Source of the DNA: Dendrobates tinctorius
Lineage: Eukaryota
Assembly: GCF_039654945.1 (NCBI RefSeq)
Contig: NW_027361708.1
Coordinates: 14,570,001 to 14,634,000 of the forward strand
DNA: 64,000 nucleotides
Direction: 5' to 3'
Shown piece by piece: positions 48,260 through 62,346 of this stretch. Position numbers and translations under genes: made by a program. The notes beneath the pieces were generated by a model. The model was not told where the DNA came from. It saw only the letters and a list, made by a program, of their open reading frames with translations, and did not search any database. Every line of letters starts with the position of its first letter. Within the stretch, counting starts at the first letter, position 1.

Positions 48260-51118
48260 ATGTTGAGAAGTCTGGGCCAATCTAGGCCTTGTTCATTTTG
48301 ATAAGGGTCAGCCTGTTAGCATTATCAGTTGACAGCCGTATGCACCTATTGTTTATAATACCCCCAGGGGTACTAAAAATCCACTCTGACAAAATGTTTA
48401 CTGCAGGGCAGGCCAGGACCACCAAGGCATAGAAAGACAGTTCATGCCACGTGTCTAGCATGGATACGCAATAGTTGTAAGGCCCAGACGAATCACGGAG
48501 GATGCTGGTATGGTCGACAAGGTACTCCTTCAGCATCTCCCAAAACTTTTCCTTCCTTGTCAGAGTACCCCACGCATCAGAGCCTGGGCAATGGGAGGGT
48601 CTGAGAAAACTCACAGACCTATGATAGCACTCCCCTACCCCTGCTGCATCTGGTGTGTGTCTCCTTCATCTCTACTCCTTTGTTGTCTAAGGAACTGTGA
48701 CCTCTGCCTCCAGCCTTCTCATATGGGAATTTTTTAAATAATGTTTCAACCTAGGACCTTCTGGTACTGGAACATTTTATTAGACCTACCCACCATTGGA
48801 AGGAGCGATATAAAGTTCTCCTTGTAGCGTGGATCTAGGAGGGTGACCAATCAGTAATTAGGTTGACCAAAACGTATACAATGCAAGGATCACGGGAAAG
48901 GCAGTAGAACATAAACTCAGTCATGTATGCCAGACTGCCAACAGCCCAGACTTCTGTTCCCACCTATTTTCTCCACCTGGTCCTCTCTCTCCTCCTCATC
49001 TTTGGGTCATTCACACTGAAGGTGGTGTGAGTAGTACCATCTGTAGCACAGGCAACCAGCTCCTGTTCCTCCTCTTTCTTCTCATTATCACCCAATCTGC
49101 ATTGAGACGATGAGATGAGGCTGGGCTGTGTAGCATCACACTGTATAAGCAGCCTCTTTAATTGTGAGCATGGAGCATTTCAGTAGACAGAGAAGTGGGA
49201 TGGTTAAGCTGATTATGGTGTTATTACCACTCATCATCTTGCTCGAGTCCTCCAAGTTTTGGAGAACCGCACAGACATCCATGCCCACTCATCAGCTTTT
49301 ATGTGCAGAGGCTGACAGGAATACTGATGGGCATGCTGTAGCTAGTATTCAACTACTACACTCTGCTGCTCACAAAGCTTTGCCAACATATTTAGCGTTG
49401 AGTACCAATGCGTAACAGTACCAATATCACACACCAGTCGTTGAGCTGAAAGTTGCAAATTCTGCTGCAGCACTGCCAGGGTGGGGGTAGCTGTAGCTAA
49501 CTCATGGAAATGGGCACACATGTGGCCTACTTTCACAAGTATCTCAGGCAGATCTGGGTGGGTTTTGAGAAACTGATGAACCACTAGGTTGAGCTTGAGC
49601 ACATGGGCTGGGCATGGTACGTGTGCAAAGTTGCCCAGATTCAGAGTCACATATGACCATACATGGTTGTAGGTTCAGGGGTGAGAGAGATACAGATCAT
49701 TCTGGTCTGTTAGACCTTTCAACAACTCTGCAGTGGTGTGCAATTTGTCACCTAAGCAGATTAGCTTTAGCAGAACCTGTTGCTGATTGGCCTAGGCAGT
49801 GCTTCCAGCTTGCGACTGATGTTGACGTTACGGAGATGCTGGGTTAGGAGGAGGTGCAGGAACTTCTGTAGAAGGTGTGGGAAACAGTGATTGAACCAGG
49901 GTACAACTAGGTCCCCATTTCCACAACGTTCACCCAGTGTGCCATCAGGGAAATGTAGTGTCCCTGGCCACAGGCACTTGTTCATGTGTTCATGGTTAAG
50001 TGGACCTTCCCATTAACAGCGTTGGTCAGGGCATGGCTGATGTTATAGGACACGTGCTTGTGTAATGCGGGGACGGCACACTGGGCGAAATATTGGCGGC
50101 TGTGCACCGAGTACTGAGAGATAGCCGCCATGAGGTTGCGGAAAGCTTCGGCCTCCACAAGTCTAATTTGCAACATTTTAAGGGCAGTCAGGAAATGTAG
50201 CTGTTTAATATTGTGCGTTTGGGTGGCTACGTATTTACACTTGCATCTTAAGTACTGGGAAAGGGACAACTGAATGCTGCACTGGGACAAGGACTTGGAC
50301 GTGGTTGTTGACGGTGGTTGCAAGAGTGCAAAGAGAGGTACAGGGTGGAATGAATATTTGCCTCCATCATGGACAGGGGATTGGCATGCACAGTAGTTTT
50401 GCTACCCTTGCTGATTCTATCATGGCAGTTGTTTCAAATGGCTTTTTTTGGGTTGACTGTATTGTCTTTAAAAAAGCGCCTGACTCGGAAACACCTAACC
50501 CTTGGCCTGGCAATTTCACCAATGTTAGTGCTCTTGGGAACAGTTTCATGCCTTGTGTCTTTGGCACCCCACTGCCTCTTTCTGCCTGTTGTGGTGCAGC
50601 GACAGTAATTGCACTTTCCTACAGTCGCCTTCTTGTAACGTGGCTGCTCAAATATTTGGGCATCGCTGCATATGATCTCTTCATCTTCCGCTTGAAATGG
50701 GCAGGGCGATAAGCCTGAATCTATAAATGGATAAATGAACAGCTCTTCAGAGAGTCCAAGTGTGGGATAATTTGTCTACAGGCACTCGACATGGTGGGAG
50801 GAAGAAGTATCAGGTTGAGGATTATGTGATCCAGAATCATAGCTACTGAGACTGGACCATGTGAGAGACAGGGTTGTGCTGGCAAAGTGACTGGAAGCAT
50901 TATCTGCTATCCATCCAACAACCTTTTCACACTGGTCTGGCTTCAAGAGCGGTGTTCTGTGCCCCCCTTTAAAATGGAACAGGAAGCTAGGTCAACATGA
51001 TGTGCGTGTTTTTGTGCTTCTGCAGCAGGCACAGTTTCACCTTGCCCGTGGCCTCGGACTCTGTGCTCACCATCAGAATTACCTCCATTTCCCTGTCACT
51101 TACCATGTGCCTTGCCGA
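48260..51118 (-). pseudogene. hAT transposase pseudogene
   Basis: EAFRNLMA...SRQYFAQCAVPALH...GKVHLT; HVPCPAHVL..NLVV; THWYSTLNML; LDTWHEL...ACPAVNILSEWIFS...LIKMN. All collinear with the 21876-24749 protein; many stops and frameshifts. Confidence 0.92.
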
Positions 51119-52235
51119 TTTTAGATTATGCATGATATATCCCTGTTGAGGAAACTTTGCAGGATTAGTATCACAGGAAAATTTGCCCTCCTCAGATGGA
51201 CTTGTTATACTGCAGTAGCAATATAGCGATGCTATTGCTAACCAACCAAGTCTTGCCTTATGCGTTTTATGCACAACTGGTGCAGTATAAATGCCATATA
51301 ATATTTCCCTGCTGAAAAAACTTTGCAGGATTACTATTGCAGGAAAATGTTCACACCTCAGGTGGACTTGTTACACTGTAGTAGTAATATAGCAACGCTA
51401 ATGCTAAAGAACATCAAGTCTATCTGTATGATTTTGATGCACAACTGGGGCAGTATAAAAGGCATATAATATTTCCCTGCTGAAAACAATTTTCAAGATT
51501 AAGAGCAAAAAGAATATTATTAGCCCTGAGAAAGGATTTTGGTATGAGATGCAGAAGAAAGGAAGTACAATTAACCCTATCCTGTCCTACACTATCCCTT
51601 CAGCACAATCTCTCCCTAAGTGCTGCTAACACCAGTATGAATATTGATTATAAATAGCCCTAATAAAGGCTGTTGTTGCAGTTGAAAGAAATATTAATGG
51701 TGTCTAATCCCTACCTATAAGCAGCTAAAACTTTGTCCCTAGCTCAGCAGCGCAGCATCTCTCCCTGCTCTGCCTATTTCCGTTGGTACACTGTGCCGAG
51801 CATGGAGTCACGGGTCTTATATAGACCTGATGATGCTATGCAGCCCGCTTATCACAGTAATGTCACAACAAAGATTGCTATGGCATTACAGTGACTGGCA
51901 GGCAATCGACGCATGTTTATTTGGCTAAGAGGCGTCAAACATGTGGGGCAGGGACTCAAGCATGCTCGCGAGCATTCAAAATGCTCCCCAAGTAACGAGA
52001 ATCTTGAACACACTGAAGTTTGAGCAAGTAACGAGCAGTGGTGAGCATGCTTGCTCATCACTAATGTTAATTATTTTCTAGGTTGTTTTTGTTGAGATGG
52101 ATACATATATTTTTTTCTGCTAATGCCTACTTTAATGTTTTGTTGTGCCTGCCATTAAAATTTTGCAATATTTTACAAATCTTTTTGAATTATTTTTTAG
52201 GAGAAAAAGAAGTTTCGTATGTATTAAACCTTTAA

Positions 52236-52418
52236 GGCCACATTCACATGTAAAGTATTTGGTTAGTCTTTTACATCAGTATTTGTAAGTCAAAACCAGG
52301 AGTGCAAAAATCAGAGGAAAAGTATAGTAGAAACACGTCACCACTTCTGTATTTTTCACCCAATCCTGGTTTTAGCTTACCAATACTGATGTAAAATACT
52401 GAACATGTGAACATAGCT
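52236..52418. mobile_element. Palindromic Harbinger-type MITE, copy 2
   Basis: TAA|GGCCACATTCACATG...CATGTGAACATAGC; internal inverted symmetry. Confidence 0.7.
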
Positions 52419-54209
52419 TTGAGGCTCATTTCCACTTGCGATGAAATTGGACTAATGCAATCCGATAAAAAATCTGATTGATTTCGGACCTATATTATTC
52501 TATGATTGTGTGTGCATCTGCGTCTTTTTTTCCAGCTCGGATCGGATCACATGATAGGACTGGAAAAAAATTGCAGCATGCTATGATTGTAATCGGAAAT
52601 CGGATCGCATCCTGCAATAGAAGTCAATGGGTGCGAGAAAAAAAATCACACAGCACTCGGACCATGTGAGTGCTGTCTGATTTTTATACACCAATCGCAT
52701 ACACCAATCAATTTTCAGATCTCGTCCCGAGATCTCGGGAAACGAGATCTGAATCTGAGCATGCGTGGGCTCTAGCAGCCATTTTCCCGGAGGCCACCGC
52801 ATCGCAGCAATGGAGCTGCCTGGGCCTCCGTGCTTTGGGGAAATGCCGGAGGAGCCCCGACGCTGGACAAAGAGCCACCACAGCCGCCCCCCAGCCCAGA
52901 GCCCCCACGCTGCAGAAAGAGGAGCCGCCGCCACCAACCCCCAGCACAGAGCCGCCACACTGCTGAAGGAGAAGCCACCGATCCCAGCACAGAGACCCAC
53001 AGATAGCACCGCTGCCACCAATGAGGTAAAAGGGGATGATAACTCCACTTACACCCTCCCTTTGTCATCGGGACCACTCCCCCGCCATATGCAGATTGCT
53101 CCTCACCCGGCATATATGATGACACATGGCATATAAGAAGACCCCAGACTTTTAAGAAGATTTTGTAATTTAACTGGAAAAGTTGGGGGTTGTCTTATAC
53201 GCCGGAAAATACGGTACTTATCTCTTTATCTATAATGGGGTCTGTTTAGTTTCCAATTGGAGTATCTAGCAAATATTGCACATTTTAATTTAAAACTGAA
53301 CGGCCCCCATTAAAGTTAAGTGATATTACCGTATTTTTCAGACTCCAAGACGCACTTTTTTTCTCTCCAATAAAGTCATCAGTTTCTTCTGCCAAGGACA
53401 CCAAAATACCTTGTCCTGGCTCTGACCACAGGAAAGAAGCAGCTTAGGCTGGTTTCACATTGGCGTTTCACAGACCTGCGTCAGTCTGCGCACGGCCGCC
53501 TCTAAGCTCCGCCTCCTGCCGCGCCTCCTCTGGTTAGCTCCACCTATGGGCGCAGGACGCTGCATGCGACCTGCGTCCCCTATCTTTAGCATTGGGGACG
53601 CAGGCCGTGCGCAGGTATGCATTTGGCGGCACATGCGTCCTTTTGACGCGAGCGAATAAATCGGAGAAGTGCAATCAGACGAAAAATAGGATTGCACTCG
53701 GTCCATTATTATTGTGTGGGGCAGCTCACATCTGCAATTATTTTCTCATGCTGATTCGCTCGATACATACTAGTCTATGGGTGCGCGTGAAGCTTTGCGC
53801 TGCACGTGGATGTCACCTGAATGCTGCGCAATTCCTGGAAACGTTGACAATGGAGAAGATGGAGAAATTAATTTCTTCATCTCCTCTGCAGCTGTACAGC
53901 GATTCTCTCATGCAAACTGATCGGAGCACAGAGCACTGACACTCAGTTCATTCTTGCAGCAGAACAGGAGCCGAGTGCATTAGCATATCATATCCGATGC
54001 TCTTGCATCAGATTCTATACACTAGTATGACTCCGACCTTACAAAGACTATATTCACACATAGTGTTTTTTTATCTCAAGCCAACAAATGATCTCTTGGC
54101 ACTCTTACGGCTTTTTTGTTGCATTTTTGCTCTTTATGCTGGAAAAACACTGGAAAACTTGTTCTCTGCATTTTTTTCAGCATTTTTGCACATTCTGATT
54201 GTTTTCTAA

Positions 54210-55364
54210 TCTAATATATAAAGCTCAATGTGGGTGTGCATGTATGTATGTCCGGGATTGGCATCTACACCGTCGCAGCTACAGCCACAAAATTTTGCAC
54301 AGTCACACGTCTGTACTCCAAGAGCGTCATAGGCTATGTTGTGAGGCAAAATTTTAAACCCACGCGTTCCAACTCACCAAGCAATTTTGCCCCTAGGAAC
54401 ATAATGGAGGAAAAAGTGTATGTATGTATTGGCATCTGCACCATCGTAGCTACAGCCACAACATTTTGCACAGTCAGACATCTGGACCCCGAGAGCGTCA
54501 TAGGCTATATGTTGTGAGGCGAAATTTTAACCCTGCGCATTCCAATTCACCAAACAATTTTGCCCCTATCTACATAATGGGGAAAAAGTGAAAGTAAAAG
54601 TGTTGGAGGCAAATTGACAGCTGCCAGATGTGAACAAGGGGGGCTTAAAGAATGAGAGTGATGGCACCAAACAGTATATACCGTACAGTTGCTAAGGTGG
54701 GGCCCTGACATGGGATACTCACCACACACGTGGATATGAACACACACACAAAATGCGCCACACACTACCACATGCTTCAACACATATACCACCCTCAGCA
54801 CACATTTCACCACACATACACCAACCTCGCCACATAAAAGTCGAAACACAAAAGTCGCCACTCAAAACTCGCCACTCTGTCCCACAGCTGTTTAAAAGAT
54901 GAAAAATGAGCTGTGATTGGTTGCTATCAGCAACAGTATTCTTTGTAGACAGTTGTGGTAACTGAATCCTATTATTCTTATCATATCTGTGGTGTTATCG
55001 TCCTTCTGTAAAGCTGGAAATAACACAATTTATTACCGTGCCAATACAGACCACCCTCTGACACAGACTGCAGGGGGAGCCCAGTATCACACAGGATAGG
55101 ATTAGATACACGGCTCAGCAGTCAGTATCACACAGGATAGGAATAGATACACAGCTCAGCAGACAGTATCACACAGGACAGGATTAGATACGCAGCTCAG
55201 CACACAGTATCACACAGAATAGTATTAGATACATGGCTCAGCAGTCAGTATCACACAGGATAGGATTAGATGCACGGTTTTCATGTGCAAGATAATCATT
55301 ATAATTTGTTATAACTAACCACAGTTGGTTACTATGCCCAGGCAACAACGGGCTCTTCAGCTAG
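54210..55364 (+). mobile_element. Non-autonomous Helitron
   Basis: A|TCTAATATATAAAGCT 5' end; GCCC...GGGC hairpin then CTAG|T 3' end; no TSD; 39 bp minisatellite at 55080-55275. Confidence 0.85.
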
Positions 55365-56132
55365 TGGTGAATAAAGTGCAAAACTGCATAAATAAGTGAC
55401 ATGCTGCAGATTTAAAAAGTTGCAGTTCTCATCTTCAGTCAGGAAATAAAAAAACAAGCGTGTGCATGATATTTCTGAAACCTTACAGCTTATGCTGGTA
55501 GTATAAAATGCTGCTGTTTTTCTACAGAAAAAAAACAGCAGCAAAAAAAACGCTGCATGTGAACATAGCTTTTCCATATCAACATTTAAGATGCTAATCT
55601 TTTAACATTTTAACTGTTCCTCAAAAACCTGCCCACGGGGCCCTTTATGAAGCTTGATTTTGTGAAAACATGACCCTTTTGTGGAACTGTCTTCGTGAAT
55701 GTCTTAGCAATATCTGCACTGTTGGCAAGTTTGGAATATTCCCTTAAAAGGAATATTGTGGAATTTATTATTATTCCAAGAACTATTGACTAAAATGAAC
55801 TTTTGTTCGTGGGAAAACCTATTTAAGGCCAGAGTCACATTAGTGTGTCACATCCGATGCAAGACACTCGGCTCTTGCTCTTCTGTGAGCGTCAGTCGAG
55901 TGTCAGTGCTCTGTGCGCTGATCCTCTGGCACGAGAGAATTGGAGCACAGCGGCGAAGGAAACAGATAAATTAATTTCTCCATCTCAATTGCCGGCGTTC
56001 TAGGGAATCGCACTGCACTTGGGTGTTATTGGAGTGCAGTGTGATGCTTCACATGCACCCATCATCGGGCTAACATAAATAAACCTCTAAAAATACTTTT
56101 TATTAATAATTTATTAAAATGAATGGATAATA

Positions 56133-58229
56133 CCGTATATACTCGCTTATAAGCCGAGATTTTCAGCCCATTTTTTGGGCTTAAAGTTCCCCTCTCGGCT
56201 TATACGCAAGTCATGTACGCCATGGGGTCAGCGGGGGAGGGGGAGCGGGGGTGTCAAATCATACTTACCCCCTGGCACTGTCTTTGCAGCCCCCATGCAT
56301 CTCCCATGGTCTCCCTTCCTTCTTTCAGCGGTCACGTGGTATCACTCGTTAAAGTTATGAATATGCTCATATTCATGACTTTAATGAGCGGTACCACATG
56401 ACCGCTGAAGGAAGGAAAGGAGACCGTGGGAGAAGCGGGGGGGCTGCAGAGAACGCACCAGAAGGGGGTAAGTATATGCGATATTCACCTGTCCCCATTC
56501 TAACACTGCTCGCCGCTGTCTGCCGCGTTCTCTGTCTGTGACGTTTAGGCAGCAGAGGGTGCGATGACGTAGTTAGTGTGGGCCATGCACTCTGCTGCCT
56601 GAACAGTCACTGACAGAGGACCCGGCAGACAGCGGCGAGCAGCGTTTGACTGGGGACAGGTGAATATCTAAGGTGCCGGGGCCCTTAGCCAGTGATGACA
56701 CCGGCACCTGGCCCCCAGTTACAAGAGGTGAGTATGTCATTTTTTTTATTTGCAGCAGCAGCCTATGGGCCCATAATGTATGAGGCATCTTATGGGGGCA
56801 TAATCTATGCAGCATCTTATGGGGCATATTCTCTGGAGCATCTTATGGGGGCATATTCTATGGAGTATCTTATGGGGGCATAATCTATGGAGCATCTTAT
56901 GGAGCATATTTTAAGGAGCATCTTATGGGGGCATAATCTATGGAGCATTTTATGGAGCATCTTATGGGGGCAAAATCTATGGAGCATCTTATGGGGCATA
57001 ATCTATGGAGCCTCTTATGGGGGCATAATTTATGGGGCATCTTATGGGACATAACCTATGGAGAATCTTATTGGACCATAACCTTTATGGAGCAGCATAT
57101 GGTGCATATTATTCTATGGAGCATCTTATGGGGCCATCATTAACCTTTGTGCAGCATTATATGGGGTGTATTTTGTATGCTCTCTCGTCATAGGCATCTG
57201 GCATATTTGCTGCTATCATTATGGCCCCCTGATAAACAAACAGCATGGGAAAACGCTTTGGGGCACGTCCTGCAAATGATTAGTCACCATTATGACTGTA
57301 CATTTAATTATGGGTTTAACAGCTTAACCTATTGAACTTGGTATATCTGGTGACGTCTGTGGGATGAATTACTATTATTATACTGTGTTATGCAGCATAT
57401 TTGTTTATTGGGGTATGCCCTGTAAGTGTTAAGTCTCTATGATTGCGTATCTATGGAGCTAGTTAATCCCATATAATCTTTGTGACTTTATTGTGGGATT
57501 ACCAGTATTGTGCTAGTGATTTGGGTGCAGCACATTTATATTACTATATTATTATGCATGGGTAATGCCTCAATATATTATTAATGATCTAGGCGCACTG
57601 ATTATCATCTAACTATATGGCCTTTTTGGTATTTGTCTGCATCTTGGTAATTTTTTTATGACCAGTTTTTTTGCGTCCTTCATCTCTATCCTATTTTGAC
57701 ATTGTTTTCTCTCCTTTGGAATTAGGGTGAGCTAGGGGAGAGAGGGAGAGCCTTCGTTGAGTGGGAGCATCAAATATCATTTCTTTTAGGGTGCCAACCT
57801 CCACAGCAAGGCAGGTTCACAGATAGGCCTAGTATAGGGTTGCCTAGTTTTTTCTGGTCTTTTTCTTTATTAAGGCAATGGCCCACATTCACTGGGTAGG
57901 TGTGTTTTTAAATGAATTATATTAAAAGTGTTCTTAAGTGAATATATGTTCACGTATTTTGTATGGAGCATCTTATGGGGCCTTCATGAACTGTATGGAG
58001 CATTATATGGGGCTCCTGATTCAATATGGATATTCAAAAACATTTAACCTACTGATGTCTCAATTAATTTAACTTTTATTGGTATCTATTTTTATTTTTG
58101 AAATTTACCAGTAGCTGCTGTATTTTCCACCCTATGCTTATACGCGAGTCAATAAGTTTTCCCAGTTTTTGTGGCAAAATTTGGGGGGTCGGCTTATACA
58201 CGGGTCGGCTTATACATGAGTATATACGG
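56133..58229. mobile_element. pogo/Tc2-type MITE with internal ~29 bp minisatellite (56765-57165)
   Basis: TA|CCGTATATACTCG...TATAAGCCG and CGGCTTATA..GAGTATATACGG|TA inverted ends. Confidence 0.85.
57180..57953 (+). mobile_element. Retro-insertion (Penelope-like, non-coding) with a degenerate hammerhead motif
   Basis: 12 bp TSD GTATTTTGTATG (57168-57179, 57954-57965); GCCCC-CTGATAA...GAAAACGCTTT-GGGGC at 57224-57264. Confidence 0.65.
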
Positions 58230-58355
58230 TAATCCCAAACAGACACAACATGTAGCACTAATATTTAATCAGATAGAAAAAGATATACTAACAGCACCCT
58301 AGTGAAGGACCTGATGCCACATCAGACATCAACATGACCTGACATCTTTATCTAA

Positions 58356-58392
58356 GCCTCCTGATGAGTCAAAGGGTGAAACATGTAAAGGC
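58356..58392 (+). ncRNA. Minimal type I hammerhead ribozyme-like motif
   Basis: GCCTC-CTGATGA-GTC-AAAG-GGT-GAA-ACATGT-A-AAGGC: intact core boxes, palindromic stem III, GUA cleavage triplet, weak stems I and II. Confidence 0.6.
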
Positions 58393-58979
58393 AGTCTTAT
58401 CTACCGTTACCAACAAACACAATCTGGATGAGTACTGCCTTACCGAATTTCTTTGTATATATTGTTAACTTGTCGATTTATTTATCTATTTATGCCTCTT
58501 GAGATTTGTTAAGATATCTTTTTGCTGAAATGCCTACTTGATATACACTAACCACCCATGAATATATCACATTAGGTGTGGTTAGTGGTAGGGTGACATA
58601 TACAGAAGATCTCAAGCGGCCTATTTTTTGACAATAAGGTATGCTTGTGGCACGGCCATTGATCTAATGGATATTGTTATGTTAGGGATAACAAGGGACA
58701 GCCTTCATTGAGCGGGAGTGCCACGTCACATCCGCAATTAGGGTGCCAACCTCCGCAACCAGGCGAGCCAGCCATTAGGCATTACCAGGGAAAGGCAGTT
58801 CAACCAGCTAGATTTGATCTAATTGAGATATCCAGACTCTTCCCCATCTCTGTGTGCCCTGTAGGGTCACTGTGCCTGGATATATTCCCAAAGGTTGGGA
58901 ATGCTTTGTTTTAGCATCTATGCAAGTGGGTTACCCATCTTTGATTAATTGTTTTTGGTATGGTGGTTATCAACAATAA

Positions 58980-59174
58980 GGCCACATGCACACATTCAGT
59001 ATTTGGTGAGTTTTTTTGCCTAGTATTTGCAAGCCAAAACCAGGAGTGGGTGATAAATGCAGAAGGGGTGCAAATGTTTCTATTATGCTTTTCCTCTGAC
59101 CGTTCTACTCCTGGTTTTGGCTTACAACTACTGGGGTAAAAAACTCACCAAATACTCATTGTGTGCACATGGCC
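58980..59174. mobile_element. Palindromic Harbinger-type MITE, copy 3
   Basis: TAA|GGCCACATGCACAC...GTGTGCACATGGCC|TAA. Confidence 0.85.
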
Positions 59175-59926
59175 TAAGACACCAATTCCATAAGGATGAC
59201 TGAGATGTTGCAGTCTAATCTGGGGTTTTAGTATTCAGTACCTGTTCATCTATCTTATCTTAGGTCTGGATATACCTACTAGTACACTAGACCTGTAACA
59301 ATATGTGTCCTTATGGTAAGGATGCCTGAGAAAGACAATGTTCACATGCGAATATAGTGAATTGCTAATAAATGCTTCTACAGATGAGGGAAGAGATTCA
59401 CAATGTTCTGCTTTATTTGTCACCAATCATTATAGCACCAGAGAAGCCTATACTATAATCTTCTATACAGTGACTTCATGAATACTATGCAGTTTCTGCA
59501 ATCTGACTAAATATTCTCCTCATTGAAATTGCATAATGATAAATATCCAGAGACAAATAAAAGCCAGAATTGAAAACCTACTGATTTTAACTTGAACCAT
59601 GATTAGGGACTGTTAAAGTTCCAAACACGTAGGTTTTCAACTCTGGCATTTTTCTGTCTATGTTGATATTTATCATTGTAAAATAAAAAAGTTACCATTA
59701 TAAAGAAGCGTTGGATTATGTGATGGAATTTATCCAATGTCCTGGCGGTCTGCTGATTTCTTGTGCTCTGATTGATGAGAATGAATGGCCATAAACCTTA
59801 AATTGCTGTCAGGTAAGCGCATGTCTCACCTTTGCTGTAGTTCCTACATATATTAATTAGCTATGGCTGTAATGTAACCTTATGTTGGTTGTTTGTTTGG
59901 TGACATGACACTTTTTTTCTATGCAG

Positions 59927-60072
59927 GTACATACATCTACACGCTGAATGGCACTGATCCTGAAGGCTACCCAGTCATATATGGTCTAACCTTTGAACCT
60001 GGATCAAAACGCTACTTTTCCATTGACTCTATCCATGGAAACGTCACTGTGATTGAGGAACTAGACCGGGAG
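59927..60072 (+). CDS. CDHR1: CDHR1 coding exon 3 (146 nt, cadherin EC1)
   Basis: TTTTTCTATGCAG acceptor; GTYIYTLNGTDPEGYPVIYGLTFEPGSKRYFSIDSIHGNVTVIEELDRE (LDRE motif); donor GAG|GTAAAT. Confidence 0.97.
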
Positions 60073-60215
60073 GTAAATTTCTGACATATACTGTATATAT
60101 GACTGTACTTTTTCAGTTCTAAAATTACATAGGTTTTAGTGACACTAAGTGTTACATAGTCGTAAAGCATATTCCCTATAGTTTTATTGTCATGGTTTCT
60201 TTTTGTAATTTACAG

Positions 60216-60266
60216 AAGCAAGATGAGATTGAGGCAATTGTCAGCATATCAGATGGAATAAACAAG
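60216..60266 (+). CDS. CDHR1: CDHR1 coding exon 4 (51 nt); the gene continues beyond the window
   Basis: TTTACAG acceptor; KQDEIEAIVSISDGINK matches REDEIEAIISISDGLNL; donor AAG|GTAAGG. Confidence 0.95.
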
Positions 60267-62346
60267 GTAAGGGTAATGTAATAATCAGACTAAGAATAAG
60301 TGGGGGGGTGGTTATTATGCAACTTACACCAATTTACATGTATTTACATTTACATCACTTAGTTACTCACAAATTTAGCTGCTTTAGCCTGACAGATTCA
60401 CGATAATTTCCAAAAGATGGTGGTGTAACTTACAGCAGAAAACTACTTACAGCAGAAATCCTACTGAATAGATAGGAATGGGAATTGCTACTTAATAAAA
60501 GCCACAAAAATCATTCACAAGTACAATCTTAACCTCCTTTATTCTAAAGCTACTAAAATTGTTTTTATATTGCATCGTGCATTAAAAAACACTATTGCCT
60601 CCACTTGTCTGTATTCTTGTTAGTGACTGATACAAATGTCAGATATTATAAACACAAGTATACATGAAATGTACCCACTTGGATACAGTGGAATATACCT
60701 AAAGTGGATCTAAACAGATATCGCCAACCTGCGGAGGCAGGTGGACTTACTTTGAAAATTCATGTCAGAATAGCTGTATAATCTTGATTTTAAATGGCTG
60801 TCAACATCCTTGACGAAATACAAATGATTTACATATTGTATTTGTCATGTTGAGTTAAACATGTTGCACACAATTTCACTCTCTAATCTTCATTCCTTCA
60901 TCCATTTTCACCCTGCAACTTGCTCCTAGTTTTATACTTAAAATGAACCTGTCATCAGGGTTTTGCTAAGTAAACTACAGACATTGTCATGTTGCCGCTG
61001 TTACACTGATTAATATTATACCTGGGGTGAAGAATTCCGTCTTGTGGTTCTTGTGTAATCAGTGCTAGAAGTTTTTAGTTAATGAGATGCCCAGGCTTCG
61101 GGGCGGTCTGTAGTCTTATATTGGTGCTCAATATGCAAGTTCCTGACAACTCATTTTATAAACCCTCATAGGGCAGACGCTGGCAGGTGATTTGAAGAGG
61201 TTATAGCTGTTTCAAAGACACATAAATGCCCTCTATAATGTTGGTAGATTCTTCAGGGTAAATGGGACACTGGTCAGTATTTGAGGGTGTAGAATCAGTT
61301 TAGTGAACTCCTGTAGATGATGAGTAAGGCTTCACTAATTATGTTTAATGATATAATTAGTATGTCAGAGAGGGAATACATTGTAAGTATAAACATTCCA
61401 ACAAATACAACTAAGTGGATACCAGTATTATTTTATACTAGTGTAGATAAACCAGCTGACATTGTTAACAGCCATAAATACAATCCAACATGGAGGCAAT
61501 AAATACACTTTGGTTAGTATATTACTTTTATTATAGTAACAATAAAGTTTTGATAGGCATATTGTTATATTTATTGCATTATTTTCTTCATTTACTTATC
61601 TTTATTGATGTCAAATCTGCAGCTAGTAAAAGCTGCAGAGCTGCTGAGCAGAGAGATTGGTTGCAGCGGTGATGTGAGCTGTTGACGTGACATCATCTCT
61701 GCAGCCAAAACTCTGTACAGTCACACCTGTCATGGGGTGAGACATATTGAAAAGCAAGTGTACTGTCAGTTCTTGTAGTTGATATTTAGAAGCAGGAAAA
61801 ATGGGCAAGTGTAAGGATTTACTATGTGCAATTTCCGGAGTGTTTAACCCCTTCACTATATTTTATGTAGAGATATGAGGTGATATGTATGTACTGTATA
61901 GCAGTATTTGGAATCTAGGTGGTGGTTTATTTCTCCAATATAGTAAAAAAGGGAATAATGACATTTGAGCACTGTATGATAGTTTTATTTAAGTTATTAA
62001 TTAGAATCTATGGTGTTGAAATCAAGCAAAATTCTCATGTAGTGCTAACTTCCTTCAGACATAAAGTAGCGATTCACTCCTGCTCCAAACTTTCACATGT
62101 AAGACAAAATATAAAGCACCGGAAAGGCTATAAAGCTTAAAGGGGTTATCCAGGACATAGGTTAAGTACTTGCAGGCAGGTAGTTGCTAACTACCTGCCT
62201 GTTCTAACAGTCAATGATTTATGCTATCTCAGTGCAGTCACACCGATTCTCCTTCTTCCACTGACATCTCGCTGACAGAGTAACATCTTCTCTACCGCTC
62301 TGCTCAGTTGTCAGTATATCACTGATGAGGTGATGCTGATTGGCAG

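Noticed and set aside
59893-60084. 63 aa ORF as a stand-alone gene
   Set aside because: It is CDHR1 exon 3 plus intronic read-through at both ends.
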